Positions 45,458 to 54,887 of a DNA stretch of 64,000 nt are shown here, piece by piece. The notes beneath the pieces were generated by a model, which ran no database searches, was not told where the DNA came from, and saw only the letters and a list, made by a program, of their open reading frames with translations. Each line of letters starts with the position of its first letter. Position 1 is the stretch's first letter. This DNA is from Kiritimatiellia bacterium (GTDB taxonomy: Bacteria > Verrucomicrobiota > Kiritimatiellia > PWTM01), in contig JAOACR010000014.1 in assembly GCA_026417735.1 (NCBI GenBank), forward strand, positions 70,829-134,828, written 5' to 3'. Position numbers and translations under genes: made by a program.

Positions 45458-46314
45458 GCACGAGACCAACGTCGGTGTGGTGGGCCTGGAGGGTAGCCGC
45501 AGTGATCGGCGCCGTGGCGGCGGGGGGGGACGGCACGCCCCGCGTGATGGTGCTGGTGGACGAGAAGAGTCTCGGGACGATCCCCACCTCGGAGGTCGAA
45601 GCGATCGGCGTACGAATGCTGAGCGAACGACGAGTTGAGTCGGTGGACCAGGACATGGTTCGCGCGAATCTTCAGCGCGTGCAGCAGGCGTTGCGCGGCG
45701 CCGGCGACGACCGTGGCGCCGCGGCGCTCGGGCGGGAATTCGGCGCCGACGTAATCATCGTGGGCGAGGCGGTTGCGAAGCCGTCGGCGCGCCGACTCGC
45801 GGACACGAATCTTCGCACGTATCAGGCCGTGGTCACGCTGCGCGCGGTGCGTACGGACAACTCGGTGAACCTGGCCTCCGCATCGGAGGACGTTTCCGTA
45901 GTGGGGCTGGACGACGTTGCAGGCAGCGCCAAGGCGCTGCGGGAGGCCGGCCGGCAGGCGTTCGAAGCGTTGATCCCGCAGATGCTGGAACAATGGAACG
46001 CCTCCGGCGCGCCCCCGCGGAGGTCACCCAACGTGGCGGCGGGACGACCGCTCGATGTGACGGTCGGCGGCGTGGACCAGGTGTGGAAGCTGAAGGCGAT
46101 CCGCGATGTATTGCGCGGTCGTCCGCAGCACATCGAAGAGGTGACGCAGCGAAGTTACGCGCAGGGTCTTGCGGTGTTCAGAATCTCATGCCGCGTGCCG
46201 GTGGAGGAGCTGGCCGAAGCGCTGGTGCTGCAGCCGCCGGAGGGCCTGAAGCTGCAGGTGGTGGAAATGACACCCGCCGCGCTGACGTTGCGCGCGGTCG
46301 AGGCGAATCCGTGA
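45454..46314 (+). CDS. Secreted CsgG/LpoB/FlgT-N-like domain protein (paralogous to the N-domain of the 38904 lipoprotein)
   Basis: Signal-like N-terminus (SVWWAWRVAAVIGAVAAGG). RVMVLVDEKSLG...VRMLSERRVESVD...GADVIIVGEAV parallels IAVLPF...LGRYTLVERS...GADGVVIGTV in the lipoprotein. Overlaps the previous stop (ATGA). Confidence 0.65.
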   Translation: MSTRPTSVWWAWRVAAVIGAVAAGGDGTPRVMVLVDEKSLGTIPTSEVEAIGVRMLSERRVESVDQDMVRANLQRVQQALRGAGDDRGAAALGREFGADVIIVGEAVAKPSARRLADTNLRTYQAVVTLRAVRTDNSVNLASASEDVSVVGLDDVAGSAKALREAGRQAFEALIPQMLEQWNASGAPPRRSPNVAAGRPLDVTVGGVDQVWKLKAIRDVLRGRPQHIEEVTQRSYAQGLAVFRISCRVPVEELAEALVLQPPEGLKLQVVEMTPAALTLRAVEANP

Positions 46315-46321
46315 GGTCCTC

Positions 46322-47326
46322 ATGATCACAAGTGGACGCCAGATGAGATGGCTTGCGGCAGGGCTGCTCGCCGTTGGGTCCATAGCGGCAGACTCTGACC
46401 GGGCACTGCTGCTTCGGGCGCTGTTCCGCTACCGCATCGCCGCTCAGGCGGCCGCAGATGCGCGGCAGCTGGCCGCCTCGGCACCGTCGGACGTCGCGCG
46501 CGAGGTCGCCACGGGAGCAGAGGCATGGAGTGGCGCGGTGTACGACTCGATCCGAAGCGAGCTGGAAAACGCGCTCGGGGACAGAGCGAAGTCAGAATTT
46601 GGTGGGTTCGCCACCGCATATATCGCCGCCGAGGAGCGCGGCGACGCGACATGGCTGGCCACACTCGCACAGCAGCTGCGGGTCTCCCCGATTCCGCGCG
46701 ACTACGCGGCCCTGCGGCGCGCGATGGTGGAGGAGTGCCTTTCCGCCGAGGTCGCGGAGGCGGCCAGCTTCGTCGGCGAGGTGCAGACCTGGCTCGAGTT
46801 GCGGCAGCGCTCCGAAGATGTGCCGCCGCTACGGTCATGGCTGTCCCGAACCGAACCCGTCGCCGTTCAGCCCGCCAGCGACGCGCCGCCCCGCCTGGTC
46901 CGGCAAACCGCGCGATCCGACAATCCGCTGCGCGAGGCCGAGGCGCCGGCCGGCGCATTCGTCGCGAGTGAGGAACCGGCTGCGGCCGGCTTGGAGGCGC
47001 TGAGTGGCGCCCGCGCCGCACGTCGCGAGAAGGCGCTGGAGGTCGCGCAGGCGGGCATGCAGCAGGTCGCAGAGGAGCGGCGTGCGGCGGAGGAAGAGCT
47101 TGCCGCGAAGAAAACCGCCGCTGCGCAGGCGGAAGCTGAGGCACTCAAGAAACAGGCGGAGAAGCTCGCGGCGTCCGAGCAAGAGGCGTTGGAACAGCGC
47201 AAAAACAGCTGGTCCGGACGCCTGAAGCAGGTCGTCTCGAGCGCGATCGGCGCGGCGGGCGGGGCTTTCCTGGGCGGCATCGGCACTCGGGCGGGCGAAG
47301 CCGCGGCCGAAGCGGTCTTTCGCTGA
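46322..47326 (+). CDS. Secreted alpha-helical protein with C-terminal coiled coil and glycine-zipper segment
   Basis: Signal-like MRWLAAGLLAVGSIAA (alternative start 46343). C-terminal A/E/K-rich coiled coil (AEERRAAEEELAAKKTAAAQAEAEALKKQAEKLAASEQEALEQRK), then GxxxG zipper SAIGAAGGAFLGGIGTRAGEAAAEAV. Confidence 0.6.
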   Translation: MITSGRQMRWLAAGLLAVGSIAADSDRALLLRALFRYRIAAQAAADARQLAASAPSDVAREVATGAEAWSGAVYDSIRSELENALGDRAKSEFGGFATAYIAAEERGDATWLATLAQQLRVSPIPRDYAALRRAMVEECLSAEVAEAASFVGEVQTWLELRQRSEDVPPLRSWLSRTEPVAVQPASDAPPRLVRQTARSDNPLREAEAPAGAFVASEEPAAAGLEALSGARAARREKALEVAQAGMQQVAEERRAAEEELAAKKTAAAQAEAEALKKQAEKLAASEQEALEQRKNSWSGRLKQVVSSAIGAAGGAFLGGIGTRAGEAAAEAVFR

Positions 47327-47572
47327 GCGGTGCCGCCGTCACCGCCCCGTGGGGAGTGGGGGAATGTCGTCGCGTTCGATTCCACCGGGGACACCGCCCG
47401 CGTTGGTCGGCTGGTCCGGTCGGGACCGGAGGTCAGGGCACATTCGATGCTCCAGGGCTGCGCTGGAGCCGAACCGCGAGGGGACCGCGAGTCAGGCGGT
47501 GCATTGCGCGGGCGCGGGCTCTCCGCTGCGGAGCGCCGCGCAAGTCGCCCGGTGGCCGTTCTCACCGCCGCA

Positions 47573-48598
47573 TCAGCGGCGCGGTGCCAGGCGCTCCAGT
47601 TCCTCGCGGGCGCGTTGCATTACCTCCGCCAGTTCCACTTCGTCGCCGCCGCGCTGCCGGCTGAGCTCCGCCGCCTCCATGAAGGCGAGAATTTCGATCG
47701 TTTCCTCCTCCGGCACCGGCGGAACGCCGCTTCTGAAAAACTTCAGAACCTCGCGGAGCATCGGCACGTAGCCGGCCGATTCGCCAATCGGCTGCTCACC
47801 CCGCTCCCCTCTTGCGCGTCCGCCATATCCCCACTGTTCTTTCGACTGCCGGAACGTCCCTTTGCGACCGTCGGTCCACGTCCCGACGACTTCGACGCGG
47901 CCATCCTCGAGCGTTCGGCGCCGGACCGAGCGGCAGCCCGGCCCCATCACGGTGAAGAGCGACTCGACACCGTGGATGCCGTACCAGAAGAGCTCCGGGT
48001 GGGTCGGCTCAATCACCACGGGCGATTCGGTTTCGGCCTCGAGCACGCGCCCGACCGCACCCTTCCGCACGGCCTGGGTGTTGGTCCCATACCGCAACGA
48101 GGAACAACTGAACACCGGCACGCCCTTCTCCCGAGCAAGCTGGAAGATCGCCAGCCCGTCGCGCAACGAGGCGGCCATCGGCTTGTCAATGAACAGCCGC
48201 TTGCCGGCGGCAATCACCGGCCGCGCCTGCTCCAGATGCACGCGCCCGTCCACGCTGGTCAGGATCACCGCGTCGACCTGCCGGCATAGCTCCTCGATGG
48301 TCGGAACCAGCACGACGCCCCATCGGTTGGTGAGTTCTTCAGTGAACTTTTCGATCCGGTCGCGGCTGGCGGAGATGTCGGGGCTGCCGCCCTTGAAGGC
48401 CGCGACGATCCGCGCACCGGGCAGATGATTGGACGCGGTCGGGTCGTTCAGAATCTTCGCAAACGCGACAACGTGGGAAGTGTCGAGCCCGATCAGCCCC
48501 AGCCGCAGCGGCGCTTCCTCCGCCGCCTCCGCGCGAAGGGCAAAACTCGCCAACCCCATCGCCCCCAACGTGCTCTGCAGAATTCGTCTGGCTTTCAT
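47573..48598 (-). CDS. Gfo/Idh/MocA-family NAD(P)-dependent oxidoreductase with N-terminal signal peptide
   Basis: Signal (MKARRILQSTLGAMGLASFALRAEA). Rossmann N-terminus (LRLGLIGLDTSHVVAFA). GFO_IDH_MocA C-domain features. Confidence 0.85.
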   Translation of the reverse strand: MKARRILQSTLGAMGLASFALRAEAAEEAPLRLGLIGLDTSHVVAFAKILNDPTASNHLPGARIVAAFKGGSPDISASRDRIEKFTEELTNRWGVVLVPTIEELCRQVDAVILTSVDGRVHLEQARPVIAAGKRLFIDKPMAASLRDGLAIFQLAREKGVPVFSCSSLRYGTNTQAVRKGAVGRVLEAETESPVVIEPTHPELFWYGIHGVESLFTVMGPGCRSVRRRTLEDGRVEVVGTWTDGRKGTFRQSKEQWGYGGRARGERGEQPIGESAGYVPMLREVLKFFRSGVPPVPEEETIEILAFMEAAELSRQRGGDEVELAEVMQRAREELERLAPRR

Positions 48599-48628
48599 GT
48601 GTCACTCGATCGCGTTATCATTGCAGTT

Positions 48629-49936
48629 ATGAGGACTGCAATCAATCGCCGCAGGTTTCTTCGTACGGGGCTTTCGTTCGGCACCACGGTGTGCACGGTG
48701 GGCCCCGCGTTGCTCTCCCGCGCGGCCCCCTCGAGGCTGCTCCGGGTGGCGATCATGGGCGTAAACGGCAGGGGGATGGACCACATCAAGGGCTGGGCCG
48801 GTCAGCCGGATGTGGAGATCGCCTGGGTTTGCGACGTGGACCGGCGCGCGCTCGAGCGGGCGGCGGCGCAGGTGGAAAAAACAACCGGCCGCGCGCCCAA
48901 AACGAGCGACGACGTCCGGCGGGTGCTCGAAGATCGAGAGCTTGATGTGCTCTCGATTGCGGCGCCGAACCACTGGCATGCACCGGCGACCATTCTTGCG
49001 TGTGCGGCTGGCAAGCACGTGTATGTGGAAAAGCCGGGCAGCCATAATCCGTGGGAGGCGGAGATGATGGTGAAGGCGGCCCGGCACCATCGGCGGCTCG
49101 TGCAGATGGGCAACCAACGGCGGAGCATGCGCAACATCATCGCCGCGATTGAGGCGGTGAAGTCTGGCGCGGTGGGCCGCGTGTTGACCGCCCGGTGTTA
49201 TTACACGCGGTTTCGTCCGCCGATCGGGCGCGGCAAGGAAGCCCCCGTGCCCGAGTGGCTGAACTACGACCTCTGGCAGGGCCCTGCGCCGGAACGGCCG
49301 TACCGCGACAACGTGATTCATTACAACTGGCACTGGTTCTGGCACTGGGGGAACGGCGAGCTGGGCAACAACGGCGTGCACACGCTGGACCTCGCCCGCT
49401 GGGCGCTCGGTGTGGACCGCCCGCTCAAGGTCACCTACTGCGGCGGTCGCTATCTCGCCGACGACGATCAGGAAACCCCCGACACCGGGGTGGCGGCGTT
49501 CGACTTCGGGACTGCGCTGGTCACCTGGGAACAAAGCAGCAGCCATCCGCGAAAGGGAGAAACGCTTCCTCTCGTCGCCTTCTACGGCGAGCAGGGCCGC
49601 CTGGTGCTGAGCGACGCCGGTCACAGGATCTACGACAGTGACGGCAAGGAGGTGGCACAGACCGAAAGTGGCGTCGCCGGCGACGTCGTGCGCGGACCCG
49701 GCGGCGAACTCGAACATTTTGGCAATCTCTGCGCGGCGATTCGCGACGGCGCGAAGTTGAACTCGGAGATTGAAGAGGGGCAAAAAAGCACGATGCTCTG
49801 CCACTACGGCAACATGGCGATTCGGACGGGTTCAATGATTCACGTGGACCCGGTGACCGGCCGGGTGCGGGACAACCCGGCCGCGATGGCGCTCTGGAAA
49901 CGCGACTACCGGCCGGGGTGGGAACCCAAGTTGTGA
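48629..49936 (+). CDS. Gfo/Idh/MocA-family oxidoreductase with twin-arginine (Tat) signal, GH109-like architecture
   Basis: The ATG at 48629 gives MRTAINRRRFLRTGLSFGTTVCTVGPALLSRAA (RRxFLR Tat motif). Rossmann (LRVAIMGVNGRGMDHIKGW), EKP motif (VYVEKPGSHN). The ORF is open from 48425, but upstream codons overlap the divergent gene. Confidence 0.85.
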   Translation: MRTAINRRRFLRTGLSFGTTVCTVGPALLSRAAPSRLLRVAIMGVNGRGMDHIKGWAGQPDVEIAWVCDVDRRALERAAAQVEKTTGRAPKTSDDVRRVLEDRELDVLSIAAPNHWHAPATILACAAGKHVYVEKPGSHNPWEAEMMVKAARHHRRLVQMGNQRRSMRNIIAAIEAVKSGAVGRVLTARCYYTRFRPPIGRGKEAPVPEWLNYDLWQGPAPERPYRDNVIHYNWHWFWHWGNGELGNNGVHTLDLARWALGVDRPLKVTYCGGRYLADDDQETPDTGVAAFDFGTALVTWEQSSSHPRKGETLPLVAFYGEQGRLVLSDAGHRIYDSDGKEVAQTESGVAGDVVRGPGGELEHFGNLCAAIRDGAKLNSEIEEGQKSTMLCHYGNMAIRTGSMIHVDPVTGRVRDNPAAMALWKRDYRPGWEPKL

Positions 49937-49985
49937 AGCTTCCCTCGGCGGGGGCGCGCAGGACGGCCGCACAGAGCGGAGCCCC

Positions 49986-50873
49986 ATGCGAGTGCTGATC
50001 CTTGGTGCCCGAGGGCAGCTGGGTCGCGACTGCGAGGCGCTGCTGCGAGCCACGCACGAGGTGATCGCCACCGATCTGCCGGAAGCGGACGTGACCCGGC
50101 CGGAATCGGTCGGCGGCTGGGTGCAGCGCGTCCGACCGGACGTGATCCTGAACTGCGCCGCGTACACGCACGTGGACCGCGCAGAACAAGAGCGCCAGCT
50201 CGCCCATGCGGTCAACGCGGATGGCGCGCGGATCGTCGCGGAGATCGCCCGATTGCATCGCGCATTTCTGATTCACATCTCGACCGACTACGTCTTCGAC
50301 GGCGCGCGTCCGCCGCCGCTCGCGTACACCGAGCGCGACGTCCCCGCGCCGATCAACTGGTACGGTCGCACGAAGTTGGCCGGTGAGCAGGCGATCCGTG
50401 AGGTCGCGCCGCGTCACGCAATCCTGCGAACCGCTTGGCTGTACGGTCGGCATGGCCGCAATTTTCTGAAGGCGATTCTTGCGCGCGCGCTCGCGGAGCC
50501 GGGCAAGCCGCTGTGGGTGGTGTCGGATCAGTATGGCTGCCCCACCTGGAGCCGTCGCCTCGCGGTGCAGATCGCCGCGATCATCGAACACCAGCCCGAG
50601 GGGCTGTTCCACGCCGCCGGCGAATGCCATGCGACGTGGTACGAGCTCGCAAAGCTGTTCCTCGGCAGAATGGGGGTCGAGGCGATCGTGGAGCACTGCC
50701 TGCTGCGGGACCGCCCCACCCCGGCCCGCCGCCCCGCCAACACCATTTTGCGGAACGTGCGGCTCGCGGAGATCGGCCTGAATCGGATGCGCCCGTGGGC
50801 GGAGGACCTCGAGGAGTTCATTGAACGCCACCGCGCCGATCTCCTTCGGGAAGCACGGGGAGAGGCCGCGTGA
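49986..50873 (+). CDS. rfbD: dTDP-4-dehydrorhamnose reductase
   Basis: MRVLILGARGQLG, YxxxK active site in STDYVFDG...NWYGRTKLAGE, RmlD-fold length (295 aa). Confidence 0.85.
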   Translation: MRVLILGARGQLGRDCEALLRATHEVIATDLPEADVTRPESVGGWVQRVRPDVILNCAAYTHVDRAEQERQLAHAVNADGARIVAEIARLHRAFLIHISTDYVFDGARPPPLAYTERDVPAPINWYGRTKLAGEQAIREVAPRHAILRTAWLYGRHGRNFLKAILARALAEPGKPLWVVSDQYGCPTWSRRLAVQIAAIIEHQPEGLFHAAGECHATWYELAKLFLGRMGVEAIVEHCLLRDRPTPARRPANTILRNVRLAEIGLNRMRPWAEDLEEFIERHRADLLREARGEAA

Positions 50874-51934
50874 CGACCCTGCTGGTCACCGGCGGCGCCG
50901 GATTTATCGGCTCAGATTTCGTCCACTACCTGCTGGAGGAGTCCGGCTTCCCGGGTCGGGTGGTCGTGTTCGACGCGTTCGCGCCGGGCGCGCACGCCGG
51001 CAGCCTCGCTGGCCTGAAGGCACAATGGGGCGGCCGTTTCGAACTGGTGAACGCGGACCTCCGCGACCGCGCCGCCGTAGAATGGGCGCTGGACAAGTTC
51101 GAGGTGGAGATCATCTGCCATTTCGCCGCGGAATCACACGTGGACCGTTCGATCGCAGAGCCGAAGGACTTCATCACCACGAACATTCTCGGCACGTTCC
51201 ACCTCCTTGAGGCGAGCCGTGCCCGTCTCGGGCGAATTCGGCGTTTTCATCACGTCAGCACCGACGAAGTGTTCGGGGAACTCGGCCCGGAGGGTGCGTT
51301 TTCGGAAGCAACGCCCTATCGACCCAGCAGCCCCTACTCCGCCTCGAAGGCGGCTGCCGACCACCTCGTGCGTGCATGGCATCGCACATATGGACTTCCG
51401 ATCACAATCTCCAATTGCTCAAACAACTACGGGCCGCGCCAGTTTCCAGAAAAACTGATCCCGCTGATGATCCTGAACGCTCTCGAGGGCCGTCCACTCC
51501 CAGTGTATGGCGACGGCCAGAACGTCCGCGACTGGCTGTTCGTGCGCGACCACTGCCGTGCGATCCACGCGATTCTGGAACGCGGCGCTGAGGGGGAGAC
51601 CTACTGCATTGGCGGCCGCTGCGAGATGACCAACCTCGAGGTGGTCGGGCGGATCTGTGAGCTGCTCGACCGGCTGGCGCCACCCCTGCCGGGGGGACGC
51701 CCGCGGCGGTCGCTGATCACGTTCGTTCCCGATCGGCCGGGCCATGACCGCCGCTACGCGATGGACTGCTCCAAGATCGAAGCGGAGCTCGGCTGGCGCG
51801 CGCAAACCCCCTTCTCCGCGGGGCTCGAACAGACGGTGCGCTGGTACCTCGAGCATCCCGAGTGGATCGCCGCGATTCGCGCTGGTCGCCACCGTGATCC
51901 GCCGCCCGAGGCGCTGCGCCCCCCGGCGGCCTGA
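50870..51934 (+). CDS. rfbB: dTDP-glucose 4,6-dehydratase
   Basis: TGGAGFIGS, catalytic YSASKAA (YxxxK), NNYGPRQFPEKLIP, conserved RmlB C-terminus. Overlaps the rfbD stop by 4 nt. Confidence 0.9.
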   Translation: MTTLLVTGGAGFIGSDFVHYLLEESGFPGRVVVFDAFAPGAHAGSLAGLKAQWGGRFELVNADLRDRAAVEWALDKFEVEIICHFAAESHVDRSIAEPKDFITTNILGTFHLLEASRARLGRIRRFHHVSTDEVFGELGPEGAFSEATPYRPSSPYSASKAAADHLVRAWHRTYGLPITISNCSNNYGPRQFPEKLIPLMILNALEGRPLPVYGDGQNVRDWLFVRDHCRAIHAILERGAEGETYCIGGRCEMTNLEVVGRICELLDRLAPPLPGGRPRRSLITFVPDRPGHDRRYAMDCSKIEAELGWRAQTPFSAGLEQTVRWYLEHPEWIAAIRAGRHRDPPPEALRPPAA

Positions 51935-52358
51935 CGTCGCGCGCGAAGCGCAAAAGGTAACGCGTCGACCGCATCCCCTCGGTCCGACGATCGCCGTCGT
52001 CGGGAGCCGGCAACCACCGCGGCAATGATCCGCCTGGACTGCCGCGCACTACCCAGCGCCCGAGGGAGGTGACCCCTGCGAGGGCTGCCGCTCGCTGCTC
52101 GAGTAGGGGACCCGCCGGCTCCCTGCCTGCCCATTCGATGCACAGAAGCCGGTGTGTTCGAAGTGCTCTGTCCACTGTTCCGCGCGCCACCGTGAGGCGG
52201 TACTCCGGTCCGCGGATGCTGAACGGGCAGCCGTGGTTGGCGCCGATCACCTGTGGGGGCGGCGTCGGTCGCCGGCCGACGCGTCGCGGCTCTCCCCCAC
52301 GGATGCTACACTGCACGCCGTCCGCATGAACACATGTCCGCGGACGAAGGACCGCCCG

Positions 52359-54887
52359 ATGAGCACTTCCGACCCGTCTGACCGCGGCGTTGAAACTTCC
52401 GGCCGGCCATGGTTCGGCGTGGTGCTGCTCGGCATGTTCGCCTTGCTGGCCGCGATCGCGCTCTCGCCGGTGCTGCTGCGTCCGGACCGAGTGCTCGACT
52501 TCAACGACGGCAACATCGAGTCGGCGCTGAGTCCGGCCTATGCGCTGCCGGGTGCGCTGCTGCGGGTGTGGGACAACCAGTTCTTTTTCGGCCAGGGCGG
52601 CAAGCAGTTTGCGCTCTGCTCCGCCAGCCTCGGCGAGTGGCTGTTCGGCCCGCACCATTACCGACGCGAGGCGGTGCTGCTGATGCTCACGCTGGTGGCC
52701 GGCGCGGTGTACTGGACGCTGCGCCAGTTCGGGATTCGCCGCGCCGCCGCCGCGGTCACTGCCGGCGCGGTGATGTTGAGTGGCGCGGTGTTTAGCTTTG
52801 CGGTGCTGGGATTGACGGTCCGGGGGGGCGCGCTGGGCTTCGCGACGCTGGCGCTGGGATTCCTCGAACGTGGTCGCCGGCGGCGCGGATGGCTGTCGTA
52901 CGCGCTCGGCGGGGGGTGCCTCGGACTGGCGATCGCGGAGACGCCGGACATCGGCGTTTTCTTTGCACTGGCGCTCGCCGCCGCGTTCCTGTGGCTGCAC
53001 TGGCCGGCGACGCCGACCCTGCTGCGGGCGTGGGGGCCGCTGGCTGGACGGTTTGCAGTAGTTGTCGCCTCGAGTGCGGCGCTCGCATTGCAGACGCTGA
53101 GTGTGATGTTCGCAACGCAGATTGAGGGTGTGCAGCAGGGCGCGGCAGAATCGCCCGCGGCGCGTTATGACTGGGCGACACAGTGGAGCCTGCCGCCGAA
53201 CGAAACGTGGGACCTTGTCGCGGGCACCTTTTACGGCGCGAGCGTGCGCTCCAGCGCAGCGCCGTACCGTGGGCGGATCGGCCGCACGCCCGGTTGGTCG
53301 CCCGATCAGCCGAATCGCGGCTTCCGCAACTTTGCGATGACCGGCTACCACCTGGGGGTGGTGCCGGCAGTGCTGCTGCTGGCCGGCTGGCTGGCGATCG
53401 GCGCGTTGGAACCCGCGCGCCGTCGTCTCGCTGTGCTCTCGCTCGGCGGCGCGATCGGCTGCCTTGTGCTGGCCTGGGGGCGGTACACGCCGGTGTACCG
53501 GCTGGTGTTCTCGCTGCCGTACCTCGACACCATCCGCAACCCGGAGAAATGGATGATGCCGTTCATGCTGTTTGCCGCGCTCGGTCTCGGCGTTGCGCTG
53601 GACGCGCTCCTGCAGGCGCTCCGCGCGGAACCCGCCGGCCGCACGAACGCGACGGCATGGCAGCGCGCACTGGCCCGCGCCGCCGGCACGATCACCGGAC
53701 TGGCGCTGGTGTTGCTCGCCGGCACCCTCATCGGCCAGGACGCCTTCCGCAACCAGATGGCGCTCGAGGGCTACACACCGGAGCAGATCCGGGCTGCGTG
53801 GTCCACCGCCGTGGGCTCGTCGATCCGCGTGCTGCTGGTCGCCTCGCTGCTCAGCGTCGCGGCCCGACTCTGGCGACGTCACGGCGCGGGCGCCCGCCGT
53901 GCCGCGCCCGCGGTGCTTGCCACACTGGCGGTGGTTGGTACGGCGGATCTGCTCACCGTGAACCGCTATTTCGTCGCAGGCCGCCCGTGGCGGCACCTGC
54001 TGGAGCCCAACCCGCTCACCGACTTCGTTCGCCAGCAGCACAACACTGGCCGGTTCAAGCTTCTGCCGGAGAGCCATCCGGCGCTCAACCACCTGCGCAT
54101 GACCTACTTGCAGGCGGCCGGCTGCGACCTGTTCGACCCAGTCAGTGTCTCCCGCATGCCCACCGACTACGCCGCGCTCTTCAGCGCGCTGCAGGCACAG
54201 CCACTGCGGCTGTGGACCCTGGGGGCGATTCGCTACGTGGTCACGCTTCCAGGCGGAACACAGCAGCTCAATCAGCTCGACGGCGACCGCGGACGTTTTC
54301 GCGAGATCTGGAGCTGCGGCATGGTGTCGACGCCAGAAGGAGCGCTTCGCCTTGTCACCGGGCTGCCGGTGGAGCAACAGGTCCTTCGCATCGCCGAGTT
54401 CGGCGGCGCGCGGCCGAAATGGTTTTTCCCAGTGCGCGTGCATGCGCTGGAGAACGGCGCGGATGCGGAGCGCCGAGCGCTCGCTGTGCTGAGATCCAAC
54501 GAGTTTGATCCGCTCACCGAATCCGTACTGATCACGTCCGGTTCACCGCCCTCGATCGAAGGCACCGCCCGCGTCGTTCGAGTGCTTCGCGACGAGCCGG
54601 CGGCAGCGGAGATCGAGGTCGAGTGCGCCGCCGATACGCTGCTGGTTCGGGCGACCCGGTACGACCCGGACTGGCGCGTGAGCGTGGATGGAGCTGCCAC
54701 CCCGCTGCTGCGGGTGGATTATCTGCTGCAGGGCGTGCGGATTCCCGCCGGCCGCCATCGGATCGTGTGGGAGTACCGCCCCGACCCCACGCCGCTGCAT
54801 CTGGCGGTCGCCGGCCGAATGGCCTGGCTGCTAGGCTGGGTGATCTGGCTGGTGCAGGAGCGTCGGCGGCACATTCTGTCCGCCTAG
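52359..54887 (+). CDS. YfhO-family polytopic membrane protein (putative glycosyltransferase / glycan-modifying enzyme)
   Basis: ~840 aa; many N-terminal TM helices, large extracytoplasmic region, C-terminal TM (MAWLLGWVIWLV). ATG at 52359 chosen (MSTSDPSDRG...WFGVVLLGMFALLAAIAL); the ORF is open from 52152. Confidence 0.7.
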   Translation: MSTSDPSDRGVETSGRPWFGVVLLGMFALLAAIALSPVLLRPDRVLDFNDGNIESALSPAYALPGALLRVWDNQFFFGQGGKQFALCSASLGEWLFGPHHYRREAVLLMLTLVAGAVYWTLRQFGIRRAAAAVTAGAVMLSGAVFSFAVLGLTVRGGALGFATLALGFLERGRRRRGWLSYALGGGCLGLAIAETPDIGVFFALALAAAFLWLHWPATPTLLRAWGPLAGRFAVVVASSAALALQTLSVMFATQIEGVQQGAAESPAARYDWATQWSLPPNETWDLVAGTFYGASVRSSAAPYRGRIGRTPGWSPDQPNRGFRNFAMTGYHLGVVPAVLLLAGWLAIGALEPARRRLAVLSLGGAIGCLVLAWGRYTPVYRLVFSLPYLDTIRNPEKWMMPFMLFAALGLGVALDALLQALRAEPAGRTNATAWQRALARAAGTITGLALVLLAGTLIGQDAFRNQMALEGYTPEQIRAAWSTAVGSSIRVLLVASLLSVAARLWRRHGAGARRAAPAVLATLAVVGTADLLTVNRYFVAGRPWRHLLEPNPLTDFVRQQHNTGRFKLLPESHPALNHLRMTYLQAAGCDLFDPVSVSRMPTDYAALFSALQAQPLRLWTLGAIRYVVTLPGGTQQLNQLDGDRGRFREIWSCGMVSTPEGALRLVTGLPVEQQVLRIAEFGGARPKWFFPVRVHALENGADAERRALAVLRSNEFDPLTESVLITSGSPPSIEGTARVVRVLRDEPAAAEIEVECAADTLLVRATRYDPDWRVSVDGAATPLLRVDYLLQGVRIPAGRHRIVWEYRPDPTPLHLAVAGRMAWLLGWVIWLVQERRRHILSA

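Noticed and set aside
47516-47540. Hairpin GCTCTCC-GCTGC-GGAGCGC between convergent genes as a bidirectional terminator
   Set aside because: The stem is short with one mismatch and has no flanking U/A tracts on either strand, so it is not supported as an intrinsic terminator.
51717-54443. 908-aa minus-strand ORF antisense to the YfhO-like gene
   Set aside because: The translation is an Arg/Ala/Pro/Gly-rich low-complexity artefact typical of off-frame ORFs in 70% GC DNA. It fully overlaps a plus-strand gene with clear membrane-protein features.
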